DNA of 64,000 nucleotides from Bradyrhizobium sp. (GTDB taxonomy: Bacteria; Pseudomonadota; Alphaproteobacteria; Rhizobiales; Xanthobacteraceae). Within the stretch, counting starts at the first letter, position 1. The number at the start of each line of letters is the position of its first letter. The stretch lies in contig NZ_JAGWUA010000002.1 of assembly GCF_028868675.1 (NCBI RefSeq), positions 600-64,599 on the forward strand. The letters run 5' to 3'. The position numbers and the translations under genes were made by a program. Of this stretch, positions 57,037-64,000 are shown piece after piece. The notes beneath the pieces were generated by a model, which worked only from the letters and a program-made list of their open reading frames with translations, had not been told where the DNA came from and did not search any database.

Positions 57037-57945
57037 CTACAGCGCGACGCTGCGCAGGCCGAAGCTGCGGGCCTCGTTCTGCAGCACCGGGCGGACTGCG
57101 TCGACCAGGCGGGCTGCAGCCGCATCGACGGACAGTCCGGCGGTGTCCACCACCGCCGCCGCGCGCGAATACAGCGGCTCGCGGCTGAGCAGGATGTTGC
57201 GCAGCTCCGTCATCGCCGAGCGGTCGTCCGCCATCGGGCGGAGGTCGCCCTGCCGGCGCACGCGCGCCATGTGCTCCTCCGGCTCGGCCTTCAGCCAGAT
57301 CGTGTAGAACGACGACAGGATCTGGTCGAAGGTCAGGGGCTCGGAGACGATGCCGCCGCCGGTCGCCAGCACCATCAATTCGCTACGCGCAAGCAACTGC
57401 TGCAGCGCCGCCTGCTCCATGCGGCGAAATCCTTCCTGGCCGTACAGCGCGATGATCTCGGCGACCGACAAGCCGTTCTGCTGCTCGATCTCCTTGTTGA
57501 GTTCGACGAAGCCCCAGCCGATCTTCTTCGCCAAGATCCTGCCGAGCGTGGATTTGCCGGCGCCGCGCAGGCCGATCAGCGCGATGCCGCAGAACGGTGC
57601 GCGCCGCGGTGTGTGCGCGCCGCCGCCGGCGAGCAGGTCCTTGGCCTGCGCGACCTGGCCGGGCGTCGCTTTCCGCAGGAGATCGCGGAACATCGGCCAG
57701 TCCGGCGTCGGATCGACGGTGGGAAGCAGATCCTCCAGATGCGCGCCCATCGCGTCCGACACGCGCCGCAGCAGCACGATCGAGACGTTGCCCTTGCCGC
57801 TTTCCAGTTGTGCAATGTAGCGCTCGGAGATGCCGGATACTTTCGCGAGCACCTTGCGCGACATGCCGCGCAGCGCGCGCATGGTGCGGACGCGCTGGCC
57901 GAGCTGTTCGAGAAATTGGGCTTCGGCGTCGGGACTTTCGGTCAT
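57037..57945 (-). CDS. boxR: BoxR/BzdR regulator (XRE HTH + shikimate-kinase-like domain)
   Basis: SERYIAQLESGKGNVSI, IGLRGAGKST, ATGGG; divergent from the benzoate-CoA ligase gene. Confidence 0.93.
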   Translation of the reverse strand: MTESPDAEAQFLEQLGQRVRTMRALRGMSRKVLAKVSGISERYIAQLESGKGNVSIVLLRRVSDAMGAHLEDLLPTVDPTPDWPMFRDLLRKATPGQVAQAKDLLAGGGAHTPRRAPFCGIALIGLRGAGKSTLGRILAKKIGWGFVELNKEIEQQNGLSVAEIIALYGQEGFRRMEQAALQQLLARSELMVLATGGGIVSEPLTFDQILSSFYTIWLKAEPEEHMARVRRQGDLRPMADDRSAMTELRNILLSREPLYSRAAAVVDTAGLSVDAAAARLVDAVRPVLQNEARSFGLRSVAL

Positions 57946-58067
57946 AGGCTTTCTTTAGCGGATGTCCGGCGGCGCAATTGTCGGAAACATAATGCCTGAT
58001 GGCATTGACAGCAAGCGCCGACGGTGTCTTTCTATGAATTATAATTCAAATTTCGAGGGAGAAGTCC

Positions 58068-59609
58068 GTGAGCGAGGCATCCTACAACGCGGTGACCTGG
58101 CTGCTCGATCGCAATGTCGGGGAGGGCCGGGGCAACAAGCTGGCGTTCGACGACACCGTTTCCAGGCTCACCTATGGCGAGCTGCGCGAGCAGACCTGTC
58201 GCGCCGCCAACATGCTGCGCCGTCTCGGCGTCCGCCGCGAGGAGCGCGTCGCGATGATCATGCTGGATACGGTCGATTTCCCGACCGTGTTCCTGGGCGC
58301 GATGCGCGCCGGCATCGTGCCGGTGCCGCTCAACACGCTGTTGACGTCGGACCAATATGCCTATGTGCTCGCCGACTGCCGCGCGCGCGTGCTGTTCGTC
58401 TCCGACGCGCTCTATCCCGTGGTCAAGGACATGGTCGGTCGCTTGCCCGATCTCGAGCATGTCGTGATCGCCGGAAGCAAGATGAACGGCCACAGGCAAC
58501 TCGCCGAGGAGCTTGCGCCGGAGAGCGCCGCGTTCGCCACCGCCGCGACGCATCCGGACGAGCCGGCCTTCTGGCTCTATTCCTCCGGCTCGACCGGCAT
58601 GCCCAAGGGCGTGCGGCACCTGCATTCCAGCCTGCAGGCCACCGCCGACACCTACGCCAAACAGGTGCTCGGCATCCGCGAGGACGACGTCGGTCTCTCC
58701 GCGGCAAAGCTGTTCTTCGCCTACGGGCTCGGCAATGCGTTGACCTTCCCGATGTCGGTCGGCGCCACCACGATTCTGAACATCGAGCGGCCGACGCCGG
58801 CGCGGATGTTCGAACTCCTGAACAAGTACAACCCGACGATCTTCTACGGCGTGCCGACGCTGTTCGCCGCGATGCTGAACGACGAGAGCGTGAAGGACGC
58901 GCGTGCGGGCAATCGGCTGCGCATCTGCACCTCGGCGGGCGAGGCGCTGCCGGAATCGGTCGGCCATGCCTGGAAGGCGCGCTTCGGCGTCGACATCCTC
59001 GACGGCGTCGGCTCGACGGAATTGCTGCACATCTTCCTGTCGAACGCGCCCGGCGACATCAAGTACGGCTCCTCGGGGCGGCCGGTGCCGGGCTACAAGG
59101 TGCGGCTGGTCAACGAGGCCGGCGAGGACGTGCCGGACGGCGAGGTTGGCGAGATGGTGGTGGACGCGCCCTCGGCCGGTGAGGGCTACTGGAACCAGCG
59201 CAGCAAGAGCCGCCGCACCTTCGAGGGCCACTGGACCCGTACCGGTGACAAATATGTCCGCGATGCCGATGGCCGCTACAATTTCTGCGGCCGTTCCGAC
59301 GACATGTTCAAGGTTTCCGGCATCTGGGTCTCGCCGTTCGAGGTGGAGAGCGCGCTGATTACGCACCCGGCCGTGCTGGAAGCCGCCGTGGTGCCGGAAG
59401 CCGATGCCGAGGGCCTGCTGAAGCCGAAAGCCTTTGTCGTGCTGCGGCCCGGCAGCAAGGCGAGCGAGTTGCAGGAGGCGCTGAAGGAGCACGTCAAGCA
59501 GAAGATCGGCGTCTGGAAATATCCGCGCTGGATCGAAACGGTGGACTCGCTGCCGAAGACCGCCACGGGAAAGATCCAGCGCTTCAAGCTCCGCGAAGGC
59601 GCGCATTGA
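58068..59609 (+). CDS. Benzoate-CoA ligase
   Basis: WLYSSGSTGMPKG, KLFFAYGLGN, SAGEALP, DGVGSTE, RTGD, KTATGKIQRF. Confidence 0.93.
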   Translation: MSEASYNAVTWLLDRNVGEGRGNKLAFDDTVSRLTYGELREQTCRAANMLRRLGVRREERVAMIMLDTVDFPTVFLGAMRAGIVPVPLNTLLTSDQYAYVLADCRARVLFVSDALYPVVKDMVGRLPDLEHVVIAGSKMNGHRQLAEELAPESAAFATAATHPDEPAFWLYSSGSTGMPKGVRHLHSSLQATADTYAKQVLGIREDDVGLSAAKLFFAYGLGNALTFPMSVGATTILNIERPTPARMFELLNKYNPTIFYGVPTLFAAMLNDESVKDARAGNRLRICTSAGEALPESVGHAWKARFGVDILDGVGSTELLHIFLSNAPGDIKYGSSGRPVPGYKVRLVNEAGEDVPDGEVGEMVVDAPSAGEGYWNQRSKSRRTFEGHWTRTGDKYVRDADGRYNFCGRSDDMFKVSGIWVSPFEVESALITHPAVLEAAVVPEADAEGLLKPKAFVVLRPGSKASELQEALKEHVKQKIGVWKYPRWIETVDSLPKTATGKIQRFKLREGAH

Positions 59610-60478
59610 TGATGCGCGGCCGAGACGAATCCTTCGTTGGAGCCGCTCGCTCCGCTCTGCTCCCGCCCCTCACGCCGACCGGCTTCCTCGCCATCGACGG
59701 CGCGAGCCTCGAATACAGATGGCTGGCGCCGCAGGCTGCGGATGCGCCTGCCATCGTCATGCTGCATGAAGGGCTCGGCTGCGTCGGCCTGTGGGGCGAC
59801 TTTCCGGACCGGCTGCAACAGGCGACCGGTGCCGGCGTGTTTCTCTATTCGCGCGCGGGCTACGGCCAGTCGAGCCCGGTAACCTTGCCGCGGCCGCTCG
59901 ACTATATGCATCGTGAGGCGACGGAGGTGCTGCCGAAGATCCTCGACACGATCGGCTTCCGTCGCGGGCTCCTGCTCGGCCATTCCGACGGCGCCTCGAT
60001 CGCCGCGATCTATGCCGGCGCGCATCAGGATCATCGCCTGCAGGGCGTGGCGATGATCGCGCCCCATTTCGTCGTCGAGGACATCTCCGTGAAGTCGATC
60101 GCAGCGATCAGGACAACCTACGAGACCACGGAGCTGAAGGCGAAGCTCGCGCGCTGGCACAAGCATGTCGACAACGCCTTCTACGGCTGGAACGGCGCCT
60201 GGCTCGATCCAAAATTCCGCGAATGGGATATTTCCGACTATCTCGCCTACATCCGCGTCCCCGTTCTGGTCGTGCAGGGCATGGACGACCAGTATGGCAC
60301 GATGAGGCAGGTCGAGATTGCGCGGGAAGAGTGCTATTGTCCGGTAGATTTGAAAGTCATTTCAGGCGCGGGACATTCCCCGCATCGTGAGGCGCCGGGG
60401 GCGACGCTTGACGCGATCGTACGATTTGCAGAGGCGGCCTTGCGCGACGATCGGGGTCCGGCAGGGCGTGTCGCATGA
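59606..60478 (+). CDS. Alpha/beta hydrolase
   Basis: LHEGLG, GHSDGASIA, QGMDDQYG, GHSPH. Confidence 0.9.
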   Translation: MMMRGRDESFVGAARSALLPPLTPTGFLAIDGASLEYRWLAPQAADAPAIVMLHEGLGCVGLWGDFPDRLQQATGAGVFLYSRAGYGQSSPVTLPRPLDYMHREATEVLPKILDTIGFRRGLLLGHSDGASIAAIYAGAHQDHRLQGVAMIAPHFVVEDISVKSIAAIRTTYETTELKAKLARWHKHVDNAFYGWNGAWLDPKFREWDISDYLAYIRVPVLVVQGMDDQYGTMRQVEIAREECYCPVDLKVISGAGHSPHREAPGATLDAIVRFAEAALRDDRGPAGRVA

Positions 60479-60499
60479 ACCATCGGGGCTCTTCCGCCG

Positions 60500-60705
60500 A
60501 TGAGCCTGCAATCCGCGCGCGATCCATTGCCGTGCGCGCCGCAGGCACTGCGCGCCCTCAGCGCTCGCAAGGCGACCGCGTCCGGCGAGGCTTTGCCGAC
60601 GGCTTTCCGACCGAGGCGTTGTCGGCGCTGTTGCAGGCCAAGCTCGGCCATCCCCAACTCTGCAAGGCCGATTGGATCGCGCTGGCCTCGGTGACTCGCG
60701 TATGA
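60500..60705 (+). pseudogene. Probable deleted and frameshifted remnant of a DUF309-type gene
   Basis: MSLQSARDPLP...ALRALSARKATASG then, in another frame, GFADGFPTEALSALLQAKLG..KADW; resemblance to the gene usually upstream of boxC is from memory only. Confidence 0.4.
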
Positions 60706-60753
60706 AGCAAAATGCATATATCGTAAATTCTTGACTGGACGCGCGTCAAAAGA

Positions 60754-60767
60754 TGCATTATTGTGCA
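60754..60767. promoter_or_regulatory. BzdR/BoxR-type operator upstream of boxC
   Basis: TGCA-TTATTG-TGCA, another TGCA at 60713, TTGACT at 60731. Confidence 0.6.
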
Positions 60768-60813
60768 TATAACGGTAAAACCGAAGCTCATCACTAATCT
60801 TCAAGGGTAGCTC

Positions 60814-62502
60814 ATGGCCGGGGAAGACCGTCGCCTCGCTGGCGGGGCGACATTCATCGACTTTCAGACCGAGCCGTCGCGCTATCGGCACTGGAAGCTC
60901 GCCGTCGATGGCGAGGTCGCGACGCTGACCATGGACGTCGACGAGAATGGCGGCCTTCACGAAGGCTACCTGCTCAAGCTCAATTCCTACGATCTCGGCG
61001 TCGACATCGAGCTTGCGGATGCCGTGCAGCGTCTGCGCTTCGAGCATCCGCAGGTGAAGGTCGTGGTGCTGCGCTCGGCCAAGAACCGCGTGTTCTGCGC
61101 CGGCGCCAACATCCGCATGCTCGCCGGCTCGACCCACGCCCACAAGGTCAACTTCTGCAAGTTCACCAACGAGACGCGCAACGGCATGGAGGATTCGTCC
61201 GAGAATTCCGGCCAGCGCTTCATCACGGTGGTGAACGGTTCGGCCGCCGGCGGCGGCTACGAGCTCGCGCTCGCGACCGACCACATCATCCTCGCCGATG
61301 ACGGCTCGTCCGCGGTCGCGTTGCCCGAAGTGCCGCTGCTCGCGGTGCTGCCGGGCACCGGCGGGCTCACCCGCGTCGTCGACAAGCGCAAGGTGCGCCG
61401 CGACCACGCCGATTTCTTCTGCACCATCGAGGAAGGCGTCAAGGGCAAGCGCGCTGTCGCATGGCGCCTGGTCGACGAGATCGCGCCGAACTCGAAGCTC
61501 GAGGGCAAGATCGCCGAGCGCGCGAAGGAATTCGCGGCCGGCTCGAAGCGCAACGGCGACGGCAAGGGCGTCGCGCTGACCCCGATCGAGCGCATCATCG
61601 GCGGGGCCGGCCTGCGCTACGGTTTCGTCAGCGTCGACATCGACCGCACGGCGCGCATCGCCACCGTCTCGATCAAGGCGCCGGAGGCGGCTCCGCCCGC
61701 CGCCATCGACGCCGTGCTGGCGCAGGGCGCCGCGTTCTGGCCGCTGCAGGTCGCGCGCGAGCTCGACGATGCGATCCTGCATTTGCGCGCCAACGAGCCC
61801 GAGACCGCCATGCTGGTGTTCAAGAGCCATGGCGATGCCGCCCATGTGCTCGCCTGCGACGCCGTGCTGGAGGCCAACAAGTCGCACTGGCTGGTCAACG
61901 AGATCAGGCATTACTGGAAGCGCGTGCTCAAGCGCATCGACGTTACTTCGCGCACGCTGGTGACGCTGGTCGAGCCGGGCTCGTGCTTTGCCGGCACGCT
62001 CGCCGAACTGGTCTTCGCCGCCGACCGCTCCTACATGCTGATCGGCACGCGCCAGGGCGACAACCGTCCGCCGCCCGCGATCGAGCTATCGACGATGAAT
62101 TTCGGTCCCTATCCGATGAGCCACGGCCTGACGCGACTGCAGGCGCGCTTCCAGGCCGATCCCGCCGACCTCGAGCGCGCCAGGGCGCGCATCGGCGACG
62201 CGCTGGACGCGGAAGCGGCCGAGGCGCTCGGCCTCGTCACCTTCGCGCTCGACGACATCGACTGGGACGACGAGATCCGCGTCTTCTTCGAGGAGCGCGC
62301 GAGCTTCTCGCCCGACAGCCTCACCGGCATGGAAGCGAATTTGCGCTTCGTCGGGCCGGAAACCATGGAATCGAAAATCTTCGCGCGCCTGACGGCGTGG
62401 CAGAACTGGATCTTCCAGCGGCCGAACGCGGTCGGCGAGGAAGGTGCGCTGCGCCGCTACGGCAGCGGGCAGAAGCCGAAATTCGACATGACGAGGGTAT
62501 AG
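60814..62502 (+). CDS. boxC: 2,3-epoxybenzoyl-CoA dihydrolase
   Basis: KLNSYDLGVDIELADA, GANIRML, GGGYELALA, LPGTGG, WQNWIFQRPNA. Confidence 0.96.
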   Translation: MAGEDRRLAGGATFIDFQTEPSRYRHWKLAVDGEVATLTMDVDENGGLHEGYLLKLNSYDLGVDIELADAVQRLRFEHPQVKVVVLRSAKNRVFCAGANIRMLAGSTHAHKVNFCKFTNETRNGMEDSSENSGQRFITVVNGSAAGGGYELALATDHIILADDGSSAVALPEVPLLAVLPGTGGLTRVVDKRKVRRDHADFFCTIEEGVKGKRAVAWRLVDEIAPNSKLEGKIAERAKEFAAGSKRNGDGKGVALTPIERIIGGAGLRYGFVSVDIDRTARIATVSIKAPEAAPPAAIDAVLAQGAAFWPLQVARELDDAILHLRANEPETAMLVFKSHGDAAHVLACDAVLEANKSHWLVNEIRHYWKRVLKRIDVTSRTLVTLVEPGSCFAGTLAELVFAADRSYMLIGTRQGDNRPPPAIELSTMNFGPYPMSHGLTRLQARFQADPADLERARARIGDALDAEAAEALGLVTFALDDIDWDDEIRVFFEERASFSPDSLTGMEANLRFVGPETMESKIFARLTAWQNWIFQRPNAVGEEGALRRYGSGQKPKFDMTRV

Positions 62503-62559
62503 CGAGTGGGAAGTGGCGAATAGCGAATTGGGAATGCCATTCGCTACCCGCCATTCGCC
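62500..62559. repeat. Imperfect 7-bp periodic repeat forming an intergenic hairpin
   Basis: TAGCGAG TGGGAAG TGGCGAA TAGCGAA...CCATTCGCTA..CCATTCGCC. Confidence 0.5.
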
Positions 62560-62616
62560 GATCAGAGATCCGCAGCCAACTTCTGAAACGAACAAGTCCC
62601 CACTGGGAGATGCGCC

Positions 62617-64000
62617 ATGAACATGAACATCATGAACGTCGACTACTCGACCAAGATTCCGAACAACGTGAATCTCGCCGAGGACCGCCAGGTGCTGAAG
62701 GCGCTGGAAGGCTGGCATCCCGGCTACATCGACTGGTGGCAGGACATGGGGCCTGAAGGCTTCCAGCAGTCGCTGGTGTACCTGCGCACGGCCTATTCGG
62801 TCGATCCGCGCGGCTGGGCCAAGTTCGACTATGTCAGGATGCCCGACTATCGCTGGGGCATCCTGCTTGCTCCGCAGGAGGAAAATCGCGTCGTGCCGTT
62901 CGGCCGGCACTACGGCGAGCCGGCCTGGCAGGAGGTGCCCGGCGAATATCGCGCCATGCTGCGCCGCCTGATCGTAATCCAGGGCGACACCGAGCCGGCC
63001 TCCGTCGAGCAGCAGCGCCATCTCGGCAAGACCGCGCCCTCGCTCTACGACATGCGCAACCTGTTCCAGGTCAACGTCGAGGAGGGCCGCCACCTCTGGG
63101 CCATGGTCTATCTGCTGCAGAAATATTTTGGCCGCGACGGCCGCGAGGAGGCGGACGAGTTGCTGCGCCGCCGCTCCGGCGACGCGGACGCGCCGCGCAT
63201 GCTCGGCGCCTTCAACGAGGCGACTCCGGACTGGCTGTCCTTCTTCATGTTCACCTATTTCACCGACCGCGACGGCAAGATGCAGCTCCACAGCCTCGCG
63301 CAGTCGGGCTTCGATCCCCTGTCGCGCACCTGCCGCTTCATGCTCACCGAAGAGGCGCATCACATGTTCGTCGGCGAGACCGGCATCACCCGCGTCGTGC
63401 AGCGGACCTGCGATGCGATGCGGGCGGCCGGAATCACCGATCCGACCGACATCGCCAGGGTACGGGCGCTCGGCGTGATCGACCTGCCGACCATCCAGAA
63501 GAAGCTGAACCTGCACTACACGCTGTCGCTCGACCTGTTCGGCTCGGAGGTCTCGACCAACGCGGCCAACGCCTTCAACGCCGGCCTCAAGGGCCGCTAT
63601 CACGAGACGCAGATCGAGGACGACCACCGCCTCGAGAGCAGCACCTATCCGGTGCTCAAGCTCGTCAACGGCGAGATCAAGCGCGTCGACGAGCCGGCGC
63701 TGACCGCGCTCAACATGCGCCTGCGCGACGACTACAGCCAGGACTGCGTCAAGGGCCTGTTGCGCTGGAACAAGGTGATCTCGACGGCCGGCTACGAATT
63801 CCAGCTCAAGCTGCCGCACGTCGCCTTCCATCGCCACATTGGCGAGTTCAAGGACGCGCACGCCACCCCCGACGGCATCCTGATCGACGACGCCACCTGG
63901 ACGAAGCGCAAGGACGAATGGCTGCCCTCGGCCAGCGACGGCGACTTCATCGCCTCGCTGATGAAGCCGGTCAGCGGGATAGGCGAATACGCCCCATGGA
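62617..64000 (+). CDS. boxB: Benzoyl-CoA 2,3-epoxidase subunit B (runs off the window)
   Basis: Manual translation: DYSTKIPNNVNL, QGDTEPASVEQQ, VNVEEGRHLWAMVYLL, EEAHHM. Confidence 0.96.
   Translation, partial: MNMNIMNVDYSTKIPNNVNLAEDRQVLKALEGWHPGYIDWWQDMGPEGFQQSLVYLRTAYSVDPRGWAKFDYVRMPDYRWGILLAPQEENRVVPFGRHYGEPAWQEVPGEYRAMLRRLIVIQGDTEPASVEQQRHLGKTAPSLYDMRNLFQVNVEEGRHLWAMVYLLQKYFGRDGREEADELLRRRSGDADAPRMLGAFNEATPDWLSFFMFTYFTDRDGKMQLHSLAQSGFDPLSRTCRFMLTEEAHHMFVGETGITRVVQRTCDAMRAAGITDPTDIARVRALGVIDLPTIQKKLNLHYTLSLDLFGSEVSTNAANAFNAGLKGRYHETQIEDDHRLESSTYPVLKLVNGEIKRVDEPALTALNMRLRDDYSQDCVKGLLRWNKVISTAGYEFQLKLPHVAFHRHIGEFKDAHATPDGILIDDATWTKRKDEWLPSASDGDFIASLMKPVSGIGEYAPW

Overview
GC-rich alphaproteobacterial chromosome; the core proteins look like Bradyrhizobium/Nitrobacteraceae (inferred from protein similarity, not searched). 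The left flank (1-10444) is housekeeping: dapE, dapD, a HAD nucleotidase, DUF1036, argB, engB, yidC, rnpA, rpmH, a sensor kinase and tRNA-Arg(ACG), with REP-like palindromes. The right flank (57037-64000) is the aerobic benzoate box cluster: boxR, benzoate-CoA ligase, hydrolase, boxC and partial boxB. Between them is a ~46.5 kb respiratory block bounded by an 11-bp direct repeat (TCATCGGACGC at 10457 and 57008), with no recognisable integrase. It has three modules. (i) A complete clade I N2O reductase operon, nosRZDFYLX, plus a cytochrome c2. (ii) A sulfur-oxidation module: a two-Cys SqrR/BigR-like repressor, sqr-dsrE2-tusA, a DsrC paralog, a TauD-like operon, oxidative-type dsrABEFHCMKLJOPN, mrp, and a YeiH exporter with a LysR regulator. 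(iii) A complete clade II nos cluster (nosZ, two diheme cytochromes c, nosB, nosD, nosG, nosH, nosF, nosL, nosY) followed by menA, a TlpA-like thioredoxin, a ubiE/menG paralog and an Sco protein. FNR/FixK2-type boxes precede both nos modules and the sco-ubiE unit, and SqrR-type operators precede the sulfur genes. The best candidate for an undescribed system is the block as a whole: sulfide/sulfane-sulfur oxidation linked to N2O respiration by both NosZ clades, with apparent menaquinone-finishing enzymes. Gene identities come from motifs read in the sequence. Function and novelty are inferences, and no database or literature search was run.
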